NCBI RefSeq assembly: GCF_056712565.1
Contig: NZ_CM160072.1
DNA: 64,000 nucleotides
Strand: one strand, 5' to 3'
Of the stretch, positions 38,459 through 50,867 are shown in pieces. The translations under genes and the position numbers were made by a program. The notes under the pieces were generated by a model. That model had not been told where the DNA came from and ran no database searches. It worked only from the letters and a program-made list of their open reading frames with translations. How positions within the stretch are numbered: the stretch's first letter is position 1; each line of letters opens with the position of its first letter.

Positions 38459-38485
38459 GCTCCCACAATGTTCAAATGTGGGAGC
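38459..38485. terminator. Bidirectional intrinsic terminator between evgS and yfdE
   Basis: GCTCCCACAATGTTCAAATGTGGGAGC flanked by T/A runs. Confidence 0.6.
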
Positions 38486-38507
38486 TATTTACCAGCACAT
38501 CTTACAT

Positions 38508-39653
38508 TTATGATGAGAACTCCTGGCGAATTTGTTCCCCATGCTGGTCGAGCGTTGCCGCTCCCGGCATAACATGCGGGTCCGCGCAGCCGCTGATTTT
38601 TATCGGATTACCCGGCATCATTATTCCCCCGGCTTCAATCAACATATTTCTCGCCTGAGTTTGTGGTAAATTAATGGCCTCAGCCACACTTAATAACGGC
38701 GCGACGGGCACACCAACTTCATGTATTCTGGCTAACCAAACTTCAGCTGCCTGCGTTTTTAACGTCCGCTCAATATATTGTTTAAGAATAGCCTGGTTTT
38801 GTACGCGTAAAATATTGCTGCTAAATCGGGGATCATTAACCAGTTCTGTAAGCTCCAGTGCCTGGCATAACACAGAAAAAAGCTTGTCATTACCACAACA
38901 AATCGTAATCGGCTTATCCTGAGTATCGAAAACATCAAAAGGTGCCATGTAGGGATGGCGATTTCCCAGGCGTTGTGGTGACTTCCCAGTCGCGATATAT
39001 GCCATCAGTCCATGCTCCAGAAAACTCAGAGTGGCATCAAACATCGCTATATCGACATGCGCCCCTCTCTGGCTCTTTTCGCGGCCATAAAGTGCACTCA
39101 CTATTCCACTGAATAAATAAACACCGCCACAGAGATCCGCAAGAGAGGTACCAACGCGCACTGGCGGAGCATCAGGGTATCCTGTTTCCATCATTATCCC
39201 GCTCATTGCCTGAATGATGGTATCGTAGGCAGGAGCATCTTTTAGCGGACCGGTATGTCCGAAACCTGACGATGAAGCATATATAAGGCGCGGGTTGATT
39301 TCTTGTAGCGTTTCCCATGAAAACCCCAGTTTTTCCATTGTACCTGGGCGAAAATTCTCAGCTAATACATCCGCTTGTTTAAGCATATTTATAAATATAC
39401 TTTTATCGTGATCATTCTTTAAATCAAGAACCACACTCTCTTTGCCATGATTAATAAAACTGTAATAGAGTGACTGTCCATCCACATAGGGACCAAATGT
39501 GCGGGTATCATCACCATGACCCGGCGGCTCAACTTTAATTACCCTTGCACCCATATTACAAAGAAGTTGAGTTCCGAAAGGCCCATTAAGGACATGCGTC
39601 ATATCGATAACTAATAAGCCTTCAAACGGCCCTTTGCATTCATTATTTGTCAT
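38508..39653 (-). CDS. yfdE: Acetyl-CoA:oxalate CoA-transferase (family III CoA transferase)
   Basis: 381 aa from MTNNESKGPFEGLLVIDMTHVLNGPFGTQ... Confidence 0.9.
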   Translation of the reverse strand: MTNNECKGPFEGLLVIDMTHVLNGPFGTQLLCNMGARVIKVEPPGHGDDTRTFGPYVDGQSLYYSFINHGKESVVLDLKNDHDKSIFINMLKQADVLAENFRPGTMEKLGFSWETLQEINPRLIYASSSGFGHTGPLKDAPAYDTIIQAMSGIMMETGYPDAPPVRVGTSLADLCGGVYLFSGIVSALYGREKSQRGAHVDIAMFDATLSFLEHGLMAYIATGKSPQRLGNRHPYMAPFDVFDTQDKPITICCGNDKLFSVLCQALELTELVNDPRFSSNILRVQNQAILKQYIERTLKTQAAEVWLARIHEVGVPVAPLLSVAEAINLPQTQARNMLIEAGGIMMPGNPIKISGCADPHVMPGAATLDQHGEQIRQEFSS

Positions 39654-39726
39654 TTGCTTATGCCTTGAAAAAAGCCGAAGGTGAAAAGACACTTCGGCAT
39701 TTATGTAAAATCAATAACATGATTAA

Positions 39727-40671
39727 TTATGAAACCAGTCGACTGACATAAATCCACAAAGGAGCCGTGACGACAAAACCCAGTACGCTCACAGCCAATG
39801 ACGCTGTACCAGTGCGGGTGTAGACATTAAACCGGCTGGCAATAATGATTCCGGAGAATGCCGGCGGTAATGCGCCTGCCAGTACCATCATCTGCAAATG
39901 TTCGCTATTCAAATGACATGCCATACCTACGAGAAGCAGCGCCAGTGGCATCAGAATCAGCTTCAGGAAAGTGTTATAAGCAATTTCGGCACTGAACTCG
40001 AATTTATGTGCAGCCAGAGTCAACCCCGCAGCGAATACCGCTACCCCTGAGTTAGCCTTCGCAATCAGATTAAAGGTTGGGTCCCATGCTGCCGGAATTT
40101 TTACCCCAACCAGCACCAGGATCGTTGCCAGAACAGGTGCCCATACTACTGGCTCCTTTGCCGCAGAAATTAATGCGCTCAGATTACTATTCTTCTTACC
40201 ATCCGCTCCTGAGGAAGGATTCAGCAAATACAGACCAATAGGAATAGTAATTGCGTTAACAATAATAGAAATAATTGCTACCACTAAACCTGTTGATACG
40301 GAATCACCATAAATAGGGTCGAGAACTGCAAACCCCAGGAATCCGATGGTAGGTGAGCCTGCAATTAATGCACATACTGCTGCTTCTGCATGGGTACGTT
40401 TAAAAAATTTGTAGCAACCAAACCAGGAGAAAAAGAAACATCCGACAATAACCACAAGTGATACAAGGGTCAGGCGAGTGTCCGCAAAAATCATTTCCCT
40501 GTTTGCCCGGGTAATAGAAACAAATAGGGCCGCAGGAAGAGCGTAGTTTAATACCAGTTTATTAAATGCCCGAGCTTGATCTTCTGAAAAAGTTTCTCGT
40601 CTGCCGCTAAAATAACCCAACAGCATGATTACGATAATAGGCAATAAATCGCCAATAAAAAATGTTAGCAT
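39727..40671 (-). CDS. yfdV: AEC-family transporter
   Basis: 314 aa, 10-transmembrane membrane protein. Confidence 0.9.
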
Positions 40672-40740
40672 AATAGTATTTCCGATAAGGGTCCCCTCAC
40701 CATCGCATAATAAGTTGGCAAGAGGAGACGATGTCAGTAT

Positions 40741-42435
40741 TTAATTACCAGCGACTTGTTTTGGGTTAAGTTTGGTAATATGGCCACTTTCAGTTCCTGC
40801 TGCTGGGTCGATGACCACATTAATAATGGTCGGTTTGCGCGACTGAATTCCGGTGGTTAAAGCATGACGAAGTTCATCTGTCGTGGTGACGTTATAGCCA
40901 AGGCCACGAAACGCATCCATTAATTTGTCATACCTTGCATGGTGCAACAGATCCGTTGGCGATGGTGCACCAGCGCCGCTGAGATCAACACCGTCTCCTC
41001 TGTAGATGCCGCCATTATTAAAAATAACGATCGTCACCGGCAGGTTATATCGACAAATCGTTTCAATCTCCATCCCACTGAAACCAAAAGCACTATCACC
41101 TTCAATAGCGACAACCGGAGAACCAGAGGTCACGCTAGCACCGATGGCATAGCCCATACCGATGCCCATGACACCCCAGGTGCCACAATCCAGACGACGA
41201 CGTGGTTTATACATATCAATAATATTTCGTGCATTATCCAGGGTATTTGCCCCTTCATTAACTAAATAAATATCCTGGTTCTCGCGCAAAACATCGCGCA
41301 CGGCACTCAATGCATTAAAGTAATTTAATGGTTGGGTATCTGTACTTAACTTTTCATGCATTTTTTGTGCATTTTGCTGCTTGTGGATATTTAAAATATC
41401 GCGCCACACCAGTGGAGTCGTAAATGTGTTTTGTTTCAATTCTGCCAGCATACCTTGCATACTGGATGCAATATCGCCAACGACTGGCACAGCAATGGGG
41501 CGGTTGCTGTCAATTTCCTGCGGTTCAATATCCAGTTGAATAAACTGTGTATCTGCCGCCCATCCTTTTTTACCGTGTGCCAGTAACCAATTCAGTCGTG
41601 CACCAACAAGCATGACAACGTCAGCATTTGCCAGGGCAAACGAACGCGCAGCTGCCGCAGAAAGTGGATGCGTATCTTCGAGGATCCCTTTCGCCATAGA
41701 CATTGGCAGGAATGGAATCTGGGCACTTTCAATAAATTCACGAAGCTGTTCATCAGATTGTGAATACGCCGCGCCTTTGCCAAGGATAATTAATGGTCGT
41801 TCAGCTTTTGCTAAAAGCGAAATTGCGCTAGTGACTGACTTCGGGCATGGCAATAATGCTGGCGACGGATTTTCAACTTTAACAATCGTGGTTAACGCTT
41901 CGTCTTTTTCCATCGTCGCGGCCAGGACATTTGCTGGCAAATCAAGATAAACACCGCCAGGACGACCCGATACTGAGACCCGGATAGCGCGTGCCAATGC
42001 AATGCCAAGATCCTGCGGCTGATTAACGCGAAATGCTGCTTTGGCATACGGTTTTGCCGCATTCATTTGGTCCAGCTCTTCATAATCACCTTGCTGGAGA
42101 TCGACGATCGCGCGGTCGCTGGAGCCGCTAATCATGATCATCGGAAAACCATTTACCGTTGCATTGGCCAATGCGGTCAAACCGTTGAGGAATCCTGGCG
42201 CAGACACTGTCAGGCAGATCCCTGGTTTTTGGGTAAGAAAACCGCTTGCTGCAGCGGCATAGCCTGCCGACTGCTCATGACGAAAACCAATATAACGAAT
42301 GCCTTCCGCCTGGGCATGGCGCGCCATATCCGTCACAGGAATACCTACAACACCATAAATAGTGTCAATATTATTCTGTTTTAATGCTTCAACGATGATA
42401 TGCATACCATCTGTCATTTGAAGTTGATCTGACAT
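40741..42435 (-). CDS. oxc: Oxalyl-CoA decarboxylase (ThDP-dependent)
   Basis: 564 aa with ThDP motif GDSAFGFSG. Confidence 0.95.
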   Translation of the reverse strand: MSDQLQMTDGMHIIVEALKQNNIDTIYGVVGIPVTDMARHAQAEGIRYIGFRHEQSAGYAAAASGFLTQKPGICLTVSAPGFLNGLTALANATVNGFPMIMISGSSDRAIVDLQQGDYEELDQMNAAKPYAKAAFRVNQPQDLGIALARAIRVSVSGRPGGVYLDLPANVLAATMEKDEALTTIVKVENPSPALLPCPKSVTSAISLLAKAERPLIILGKGAAYSQSDEQLREFIESAQIPFLPMSMAKGILEDTHPLSAAAARSFALANADVVMLVGARLNWLLAHGKKGWAADTQFIQLDIEPQEIDSNRPIAVPVVGDIASSMQGMLAELKQNTFTTPLVWRDILNIHKQQNAQKMHEKLSTDTQPLNYFNALSAVRDVLRENQDIYLVNEGANTLDNARNIIDMYKPRRRLDCGTWGVMGIGMGYAIGASVTSGSPVVAIEGDSAFGFSGMEIETICRYNLPVTIVIFNNGGIYRGDGVDLSGAGAPSPTDLLHHARYDKLMDAFRGLGYNVTTTDELRHALTTGIQSRKPTIINVVIDPAAGTESGHITKLNPKQVAGN

Positions 42436-42488
42436 GATTAATAACCTCGAAATTTTTATAAATTGGGAGCCAGAAGCCCCCGTTAATA

Positions 42489-43739
42489 TCAGATGGCGTG
42501 GTTTTGCTTCATTGCAGCAATTTCATCGTCGCTATAACCCAGCTCCTGCAATACAGCAGCGGTATGTTCACCTAATAGCGGCGCAGCTTTAATATCCGGC
42601 GTAAAGGCAGAGAATTTCATTGGACAACCAACTGTCAGATATTTTCCACGCAACGGTTGTTCCACTTCGACAACACTGCCACTTTGGCGCAAAGAGGGAT
42701 CAAGTGAAATTTCTTTCATACTTAAAACCGGTGCACAAGGAATATCAAACTGAGTCAAATAGGCCACCGCTTCATGTTTATCAATAGTGACAGTGTATTT
42801 TTCGATTTCAGCAAAAATATCGAAAATATGTGGCTGTCGGGCATGGGCTGTACTGTATGCCGGATCGGTAATCCATTCTGGTTTGCCGATGGCTTTACAG
42901 GTGTTTTCCCAATTTTGCTCCTGAATAGTGAAATAAATATAGGCGTTAGGATCGGTTTCCCAGCCTTTACATTTCAGGATCCAGCCAGGCTGACCGCCCC
43001 CACCCGCATTACCACCGCGGGGAACTGCATCACCAAATGTGCCATTCGGATACTGCGGGTATTCTTCCAGATAACCCAATTTATCGAGACGCTGCTGGTC
43101 GCGTAATTTCACGCGGCAAAGGTTCAACACGGCATCCTGCATTGACATGGTGACTCGTTGCCCACGCCCCGTTTTTTCGCGATGCAGCAAAGCAGCAAGT
43201 AAACCGATCAGCAAATGCATTCCGGTGTTGCTGTCACCCAACGCTGCAGCGCTTACCAGCGGCGGACCGTCCCAAAAACCTGTAGTAGATGCCGCGCCAC
43301 CCGCTGCCTGAGCAACGTTTTCATAGGCTTTTACATTCACATAAGGCGAACACTCATCAAACCCTTTGATCGAACCAAAAATCAGACGTGGATTGATTTC
43401 TTGAATATGCTCCCAGGTGAAGCCCATATGATCAATGGCCCCTGGATGAAAGTTCTCGACTAAGATATCAGCTTCGCGGATCAGCTTTTCCATTACCTCT
43501 TTGCCTTCCGCTGTTTTGGTATTTAATTCAATAGAACGTTTGTTACTGTTAAGCATGGTGAAGTAAAGCGCATCGATATCAGGAATATCTCGCAGCTGGT
43601 GGCGCGTTACGTCACCAACGCCGGGACGTTCAATTTTAATGACGTCAGCGCCAAACCAGGCCAGCATTTGAGTACAAGATGGGCCAGATTGCACACCGGT
43701 GAAATCGAGAACTTTAATTCCTTGAAGTGGAGTTGACAT
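42489..43739 (-). CDS. frc: Formyl-CoA:oxalate CoA-transferase
   Basis: 416 aa, family III CoA transferase. Confidence 0.95.
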
Positions 43740-43989
43740 AGCAATACCTATTAGTTAATTAAATATGTGTTAATTTAGCGTTTATTTAAGGCATAACGCC
43801 TCTATAAATAATCTGCAAAATATCGTCGTAGCTGCACTCGAAATTTTTAAATTCCTGTATCAAGTGCTGAAAATCATTTCATCGCTACTTCCAATTCCTT
43901 TCTGCATGGTAAGTAGTGAGGACGAAAAGAAGAATATAATAAATATTGGCTCGCGGTAATCAGAGAGAGCCGCGACATTTGTGATGTTA

Positions 43990-44007
43990 TTCTTACAACT
44001 GTAAGAA
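43990..44007. promoter_or_regulatory. EvgA box (perfect palindrome TTCTTACAACTGTAAGAA) upstream of frc
   Basis: 18-bp inverted repeat seen directly. Confidence 0.6.
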
Positions 44008-44250
44008 GTGTCAGTGATTTACAAGTAAGGTTATGATTACACTATTTAAAGCGTACCATAAAATATAACATAACAAATGATTTGTGATAATATGGGATTA
44101 TTGCGGTTTACTTTGAGGAAGATAAAATGCGAGTTTATAGAACCGCGAGCGCCAAATAATTTTATGACCACAACCTGTCGTATTGTGGTCATAAAAAATT
44201 GTCGACTGGAGGGAGTTAAATCCTTTACCTCAATATATTGCCTGTCAGGT

Positions 44251-44886
44251 TTAGTTCACAAACAGTGCTTCGCTATCAACGATGATTCCATCTTCCGCAC
44301 CTTTAAGCGCCAGGTTTGCCTCGTAGTATTGCTTTTTATCAAGCAGTTTCTGCGCATCAGCAAGTGCATTACGAGTCTGTTTAAGCGGCATCAAATATTG
44401 GTTTTCCATTACACCAACACCGGCCAGGCGAAGCTCTTCCATTGCCCCCTTTTTATCCCCTTTCGCCATTTTTTCGTTGGCAATTTTTATCGCGGCTTCT
44501 TTTTCGGGGGTTGCTACATAACTCTCAGAAATTCCGACAGATGCATTAATGACAATATATTGGTCATCATTGACGTTGGTCTTTTTACCTAGCTTAGCGA
44601 ACTTTGCCCATTCGGTACTATCATCTGACAGCAAAGCGGAAGCTTCATTGGTCAGTTCTTTTGCCTTTTCCGGATCGCCATGAAACAGAGCCAGGCGCGC
44701 TACCTGCACGTCACGCATCGCATATAAACCTTGTTCAGAGATACGCTCTGCTGCCGCTGCCGTTTTCTGGGTTTGCTGAACTTGCTGAGTTTGCTGTTGT
44801 GCCGCTACCGGTGCATTATCAGCAGCCCATACAGTTGAAGATGCCAGAATTGCTGTGACCATCGTAGCCATAATTAAACGTTTCAT
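44251..44886 (-). CDS. yfdX: Periplasmic protein YfdX
   Basis: 211 aa with a signal peptide. Confidence 0.9.
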   Translation of the reverse strand: MKRLIMATMVTAILASSTVWAADNAPVAAQQQTQQVQQTQKTAAAAERISEQGLYAMRDVQVARLALFHGDPEKAKELTNEASALLSDDSTEWAKFAKLGKKTNVNDDQYIVINASVGISESYVATPEKEAAIKIANEKMAKGDKKGAMEELRLAGVGVMENQYLMPLKQTRNALADAQKLLDKKQYYEANLALKGAEDGIIVDSEALFVN

Positions 44887-44984
44887 ACTTACCTCATTCT
44901 TTAACAGTTTTAGAAAACGCCGCCATCATATTGGGTGAGCATGAAATGAGAAATCAGAGAGCAACGGACATTTTGAAAGGGTTA

Positions 44985-44998
44985 TCTTACAACTGTAG
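44985..44998. promoter_or_regulatory. EvgA-box-like site (TCTTACAACTGTAG) upstream of yfdX
   Basis: Partial copy of the palindrome found upstream of frc. Confidence 0.45.
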
Positions 44999-45181
44999 TT
45001 ATTATCGCAAAGCGGCATTTAGTCTTACAGTTGTAGGAATATGCTTCCTGTCACAGAGAACTATTCTTATATACCAAAAAGAGATGTCATTTATTATATC
45101 GATGTAAATACTGATTAATTATATGTAAATACAGCAATAACGTCGTAGGTTTTCAGTGAACCATTTTCAGGATAACTTTCT

Positions 45182-45457
45182 ATGAAAGTAAACTTAATGC
45201 TTTTTAGCTTATTTTTATTGGTCTCTATTATGGCATGCAATGTTTTTGCATTTTCTATTTCTGGTGGTGGTAGTGAGGCGAGCTATAAAGAGACAGAAAA
45301 AACGTCAGCGATGACGACAACTCACTCTACAAAAATTCAGCCATCACAGGCGATTTTGTTAAAAATGAGAGAAGATGCGCCACCATTAAACCTCACAGAA
45401 GAAATTCCGCCCCCTTTTCCGACAAAGGCGAATTATCTTATCCATCCTGTGCGATAG
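45182..45457 (+). CDS. ypdI: Small lipoprotein YpdI
   Basis: 91 aa with a signal peptide and Cys lipobox. Confidence 0.85.
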   Translation: MKVNLMLFSLFLLVSIMACNVFAFSISGGGSEASYKETEKTSAMTTTHSTKIQPSQAILLKMREDAPPLNLTEEIPPPFPTKANYLIHPVR

Positions 45458-45533
45458 CGTCTGTCACACGGCAGGTGAACAATCATGTCTGATGCTGATG
45501 TGAACACCTGCCCAAATGAGCCATCCTGACCCA

Positions 45534-45776
45534 CTATCGCCTGCCATACCCCACCATAAAGCGAATCATCAAGCCACAAGCCGGGGCAAGAAACATAAAT
45601 ATCCCCGTCACTAGTTCATTACCGCCAGTTAACCACATGGTGAAGTAGTAAATGAGTGCAGCGAGGATCACCATGCCGAAGAAAGAAGAGACCGCCGATA
45701 TCATGTTCAGTACCTGACCGATGTATCCGCTTACGCAGACAATACACAGGGCGAGAAACATCCATAAATAAATCAT
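45534..45776 (-). CDS. yfdY: Small inner-membrane protein YfdY
   Basis: 80 aa with two transmembrane segments. Confidence 0.85.
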   Translation of the reverse strand: MIYLWMFLALCIVCVSGYIGQVLNMISAVSSFFGMVILAALIYYFTMWLTGGNELVTGIFMFLAPACGLMIRFMVGYGRR

Positions 45777-46128
45777 AGCTCAACCTCCTGCCGCGCTAAA
45801 AAACCTGTAACTTCAGTCACTTTAATAGTAAGACAATCCTTAACCTCTGGCAATTTTTGCTAAGCATCAATGAAAACAGCAAGTTAAATGCAACGCTATT
45901 GCGTGCGGAAAACTTTTTACTTTGCACGATTAATAATCAGTAGCTGAAAGCAGTCAGCGAGTGATAAAGTACAGATACCGCATTCATGCTCCTCGTGGTT
46001 ATGTCCTGACTAGTCTTTACACTCTTTACAGGAACCATTGTCGTACATGATGGCCTAATCAATTGAGTGTACCGCTGTCGACATGGAATCTTCTGCGATA
46101 CAACAATTCGTATCTACAGAAGGTAACT

Positions 46129-47049
46129 ATGTTTCCAAAATGCAAATTTTCCCGCGAGTTTCTGCATCCTCGCTACTGGCTCACGTGGTTTGGGCTTGGT
46201 GTACTCTGGCTTTGGGTACAGCTTCCTTATCCTGTTCTCTGCTTTCTCGGCACGCGTATCGGCACAATGGCGCGACCATTCCTGAAACGTCGTGAATCTA
46301 TCGCCCGTAAAAACCTGGAACTTTGTTTCCCGCAGCATTCTGCGAAAGAGCGCGAGAAGATGATTGCCGAAAACTTTCGTTCACTCGGCATGGCGCTGGT
46401 AGAAACCGGCATGGCGTGGTTCTGGCCCGACAGTCGCGTACGTAAATGGTTTGATGTGGAAGGGCTGGATAACCTTAAACGCGCACAAATGCAAAATCGC
46501 GGCGTAATGGTTGTCGGCGTCCATTTTATGTCGCTGGAACTGGGCGGTCGGGTGATGGGACTTTGCCAACCAATGATGGCCACCTATCGCCCGCATAATA
46601 ATCAGCTGATGGAATGGGTGCAGACCCGTGGTCGCATGCGCTCTAACAAAGCGATGATCGGCAGAAATAATCTGCGCGGTATTGTCAGTGCACTGAAGAA
46701 AGGTGAAGCGGTATGGTTTGCTCCCGATCAGGATTATGGTCGTAAAGGCAGCTCCTTCGCGCCGTTCTTTGCGGTGGAAAATGTCGCCACAACCAATGGC
46801 ACCTATGTCCTCTCTCGTCTCTCTGGCGCAGCCATGTTGACCGTAACGATGGTAAGAAAAGCGGATTACAGCGGATATCGTTTGTACATCACCCCAGAGA
46901 TGGAAGGCTACCCGACAGATGAAAATCAAGCCGCTGCCTATATGAACAAGATTATCGAGAAAGAGATCATGCGCGCACCGGAGCAGTACCTCTGGATCCA
47001 CCGTCGCTTTAAAACGCGCCCGGTGGGTGAATCGTCGTTATACATTTAA
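46129..47049 (+). CDS. lpxP: Lipid A palmitoleoyltransferase (cold-shock LpxL paralog)
   Basis: 306 aa from MFPKCKFSREFLHPRYW..., HX4D acyltransferase family. Confidence 0.9.
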   Translation: MFPKCKFSREFLHPRYWLTWFGLGVLWLWVQLPYPVLCFLGTRIGTMARPFLKRRESIARKNLELCFPQHSAKEREKMIAENFRSLGMALVETGMAWFWPDSRVRKWFDVEGLDNLKRAQMQNRGVMVVGVHFMSLELGGRVMGLCQPMMATYRPHNNQLMEWVQTRGRMRSNKAMIGRNNLRGIVSALKKGEAVWFAPDQDYGRKGSSFAPFFAVENVATTNGTYVLSRLSGAAMLTVTMVRKADYSGYRLYITPEMEGYPTDENQAAAYMNKIIEKEIMRAPEQYLWIHRRFKTRPVGESSLYI

Positions 47050-47404
47050 CAAACGGCTCTCACTCTTTCCCTCCTCAAATCAGCCATAATAACCTCATGG
47101 TTTTTATGGCTTTTTTCTTAAGGTTTTTTCCTTCGCTGAATATCTAATTATTACCGTCAGAAATTAAACTGTCGCCGATATGAGACACCTGTAAGTTACT
47201 AAAAGTAAATAAGAAAATGCCTCTTGTCTCGTTTCAGTTTTAGGCGTACATTAGCGCCGTCTCGAGCAGTTTAGCTCAGAATTCTGGGATGATGCCCACG
47301 GTAAAATACAGGACGTTTAAGGTCGTTTTGCCCGGTGTCAACTCACTGTATCAGGTGTAATAAAGTCATTCAGGCGTAACAGTAGTTACGCGGAGAGATG
47401 TAAA

Positions 47405-47476
47405 GTGAAATATTTCTTTATGGGCATTTCTTTTATGGTCATCGTTTGGGCCGGTACTTTTGCCCTGATGATCTAA
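47405..47476 (+). CDS. ypdK: 23-aa membrane peptide YpdK (missed by the ORF track)
   Basis: (M)KYFFMGISFMVIVWAGTFALMI from a GTG start. Confidence 0.6.
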   Translation: MKYFFMGISFMVIVWAGTFALMI

Positions 47477-47540
47477 AAGCAAACTGTGCAATGAAAAACA
47501 GGAGCCATCAGGCTCCTGTTTGCATTTCTGGCGATGGTGT

Positions 47541-48779
47541 TTATTCCGCGTTTTCGTGAATATGTTTGCTGCTGGCAGGTAGTAAACCGTCGGCACGGAA
47601 CATCGCTTTAATCCCACGAATCGCCTGACGAATACGGTCGCGGTTTTCAATCAGTGCAAAGCGCACATGCGTATCGCCGTAGTCGCCAAAGCCAATCCCT
47701 GGAGAGACACAGACCTTCGCTTCGTTAAGCAATTTCTTGGCAAATTCCAGCGAGCCCATGGCAGCATACGGTTCCGGGATTTTCGCCCAGACATACATCG
47801 AAGCCTTCGGCATTTCGACCATCCAGCCCGCTTCATGCAGCCCTTTCACCAGCACATCACGGCGGCGTTTGTACTGTTCGGCAATATCGCGCACGCACTG
47901 TTGATCGCCCTCCAGCGCCGCAATAGCCGCCACCTGCAACGGCGTAAAGGTGCCGTAATCGTGATAGCTTTTAATACGTGCCAACGCGCTGACCAGCGTT
48001 TTGTTACCGACCATAAAGCCGATACGCCAGCCCGCCATGTTGTAGCTTTTCGACAGCGTAAAGAACTCGACCGCCACGTCGCGTGCACCTGGCACCTGCA
48101 TGATTGACGGCGCTTTCCAGCCATCGTAGACGATGTCCGCATAGGCCAGGTCGTGGACCACCAGCACATCGTAGCGTTTCGCCAGCGCCACAACCTTTTC
48201 GAAGAACTCCAGCTCCACGCATTGCGCGGTTGGGTTCGACGGGAAGCCGAGGATCATCATCTTCGGTTTCGGATAACTTTCGCGAATGGCGCGTTCCAGT
48301 TCGTTGAAGAAATCGACACCTTCCACCAGCGGCACTGAGCGTACCTGCGCCCCGGCAATCACCGCGCCGTAAATATGAATGGGGTAACTTGGATTCGGCA
48401 CCAGCACTGTGTCACCGTGATCCAGTGTCGCCAGCATCAGATGCGCCAGGCCCTCTTTCGAACCAATAGTGACGATGGCTTCTGATTCCGGGTCGATTTC
48501 AACGTCGTAGCGATCCTGATACCAGCGGGAAATGGCGCGACGTAACCGCGGAATGCCGCGTGAAGTGGAGTAACCATGCGTGTCCGGGCGCTGGGCCACC
48601 GTACATAATTTTTCGACGATATGCGGCGGAGTCGCACCGTCCGGGTTACCCATACTGAAATCGATAATATCTTCGCCGCGCCGACGCGCAGCCATTTTCA
48701 GTTCAGCGGTAATGTTAAAAACGTAGGGCGGGAGACGATCAATACGCGTAAAGCGACGTTCAGGGCGAGTGTCAGCCAT
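47541..48779 (-). CDS. alaC: Glutamate-pyruvate aminotransferase AlaC
   Basis: 412 aa, class I aminotransferase. Confidence 0.95.
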   Translation of the reverse strand: MADTRPERRFTRIDRLPPYVFNITAELKMAARRRGEDIIDFSMGNPDGATPPHIVEKLCTVAQRPDTHGYSTSRGIPRLRRAISRWYQDRYDVEIDPESEAIVTIGSKEGLAHLMLATLDHGDTVLVPNPSYPIHIYGAVIAGAQVRSVPLVEGVDFFNELERAIRESYPKPKMMILGFPSNPTAQCVELEFFEKVVALAKRYDVLVVHDLAYADIVYDGWKAPSIMQVPGARDVAVEFFTLSKSYNMAGWRIGFMVGNKTLVSALARIKSYHDYGTFTPLQVAAIAALEGDQQCVRDIAEQYKRRRDVLVKGLHEAGWMVEMPKASMYVWAKIPEPYAAMGSLEFAKKLLNEAKVCVSPGIGFGDYGDTHVRFALIENRDRIRQAIRGIKAMFRADGLLPASSKHIHENAE

Positions 48780-49155
48780 AATTTCCTCAGATTAACGTTA
48801 GCGCCCGGACCGTCCGAGCGACGTCGCCACGATGGTGGCTGTTTTGAAAATAGCCTGATTAATTTCTGTCTGTCCAGCGTTTTAGAACATTTTTATCAAT
48901 GGCTTTAAATGAGGAACTCCACTTCAAAAACAGGAAATTTATCTACGCTAACAAGAAAATTACCACTCATTTTATTAACATTATAATTTCAATAAATTTA
49001 CCAACCAGATGTGCATTATCAAGAGATGCATTGCTAATACACCATTTATCTTTCAATCCCCTTTTAAAATTGTGGTTTTTCCTCAAAAACGGCCTGCTGG
49101 TCATCAGCCTTCAGGTTACCTATCATAGAGGTTTAATCCTTATTCAGAGTCACCC

Positions 49156-50853
49156 GTGCACGAAATATTCAACATGCTGCTGGCGGTCTTCGATCGGGCC
49201 GCGTTAATGCTTATCTGCCTGTTTTTTCTCATCCGTATCCGCCTGTTTCGCGAACTGTTGCACAAGTCGGCACACTCACCGAAAGAGCTGCTCGCCGTTA
49301 CCGCCATTTTCTCGCTGTTCGCCCTGTTCAGCACCTGGTCCGGCGTTCCCGTAGAAGGCTCGCTGGTGAACGTACGTATTATCGCGGTGATGTCAGGCGG
49401 AATTCTGTTTGGCCCGTGGGTGGGCATCATTACCGGCGTGATTGCGGGTATTCACCGTTATTTAATTGACATCGGCGGCGTAACGGCGATCCCCTGCTTT
49501 ATCACCAGCATTCTGGCGGGTTGTATATCGGGCTGGATCAACCTGAAAATCCCCAAAGCACAGCGCTGGCGCGTCGGTATTCTCGGCGGCATGTTGTGTG
49601 AAACGTTGACCATGATTCTGGTGATTGTCTGGGCACCAACTACCGCATTGGGGATCGATATCGTCTCTAAAATCGGGATTCCAATGATCCTCGGTAGCGT
49701 CTGTATCGGCTTTATTGTGCTGCTGGTGCAAAGCGTTGAGGGCGAAAAAGAGGCCAGCGCCGCGCGGCAGGCCAAGCTGGCGCTGGATATCGCCAACAAA
49801 ACGCTACCGCTGTTTCGCCATGTCAATAGCGAGTCATTACGCAAAGTTTGTGAAATTATTCGCGATGATATTCACGCCGATGCGGTGGCGATGACTAATA
49901 CTGATCATGTGCTGGCCTATGTCGGCGTGGGTGAACACAACTATCAGAATGGCGATGACTTCATTAGCCCGACTACCCGACAGGCGATGAATTACGGAAA
50001 AATCATCATTAAAAACAATGATGAAGCCCACCGCACACCAGAGATTCATTCCATGCTGGTGATCCCATTGTGGGAGAAAGGCGTTGTGACCGGAACGCTG
50101 AAAATTTACTACTGCCACGCGCATCAGATAACCTCGTCATTACAGGAAATGGCGGTCGGTCTGTCACAAATCATCTCCACGCAACTGGAGGTTTCGCGCG
50201 CTGAGCAGCTGCGTGAAATGGCAAATAAGGCAGAGCTTCGCGCCCTGCAAAGCAAAATTAATCCCCATTTTCTGTTTAACGCTTTGAACGCTATTTCATC
50301 GTCAATCCGTCTGAATCCGGATACTGCTCGCCAGCTGATCTTTAATTTGTCGCGCTATCTGCGCTATAACATTGAATTAAAAGACGATGAGCAAATCGAT
50401 ATCAAAAAAGAGCTGTATCAAATTAAAGACTATATTGCCATTGAGCAGGCCCGCTTTGGCGACAAGCTGACGGTTATCTATGATATTGATGAAGAGGTGA
50501 ATTGCTGCATTCCCAGCCTGCTGATCCAGCCGTTGGTGGAAAACGCCATTGTCCACGGTATCCAGCCTTGCAAAGGTAAAGGCGTTGTCACCATCAGCGT
50601 TGCAGAGTGCGGTAATCGGGTACGCATTGCGGTGCGAGATACCGGGCACGGCATCGATCCAAAGGTGATTGAGCGGGTCGAAGCGAACGAAATGCCGGGC
50701 AATAAAATTGGCCTGCTGAATGTCCATCATCGCGTGAAGTTATTGTATGGCGAGGGGCTGCATATCCGCCGCCTGGAACCAGGAACGGAAATTGCGTTTT
50801 ACATTCCTAACCAACGCACCCCAGTCGCCTCACAGGCTACCTTATTGCTTTGA
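49156..50853 (+). CDS. ypdA: LytS-type sensor histidine kinase YpdA
   Basis: 565 aa with 5TM-LytS, GAF and histidine kinase domains. Confidence 0.95.
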   Translation: MHEIFNMLLAVFDRAALMLICLFFLIRIRLFRELLHKSAHSPKELLAVTAIFSLFALFSTWSGVPVEGSLVNVRIIAVMSGGILFGPWVGIITGVIAGIHRYLIDIGGVTAIPCFITSILAGCISGWINLKIPKAQRWRVGILGGMLCETLTMILVIVWAPTTALGIDIVSKIGIPMILGSVCIGFIVLLVQSVEGEKEASAARQAKLALDIANKTLPLFRHVNSESLRKVCEIIRDDIHADAVAMTNTDHVLAYVGVGEHNYQNGDDFISPTTRQAMNYGKIIIKNNDEAHRTPEIHSMLVIPLWEKGVVTGTLKIYYCHAHQITSSLQEMAVGLSQIISTQLEVSRAEQLREMANKAELRALQSKINPHFLFNALNAISSSIRLNPDTARQLIFNLSRYLRYNIELKDDEQIDIKKELYQIKDYIAIEQARFGDKLTVIYDIDEEVNCCIPSLLIQPLVENAIVHGIQPCKGKGVVTISVAECGNRVRIAVRDTGHGIDPKVIERVEANEMPGNKIGLLNVHHRVKLLYGEGLHIRRLEPGTEIAFYIPNQRTPVASQATLLL

Positions 50854-50867
50854 GCCGGAGTGATATT

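Noticed and set aside
46381-47001. 206-aa minus-strand ORF inside lpxP, and similar long antisense ORFs inside yfdX (44077..44592), ypdF (56224..57012), the portal gene (5939..6463) and alaC (several between 47667 and 48338)
   Set aside because: All are antisense to strongly supported, K-12-syntenic or phage-family genes and have no independent signals. They are typical alternative-frame artefacts, especially in GC-rich stretches.
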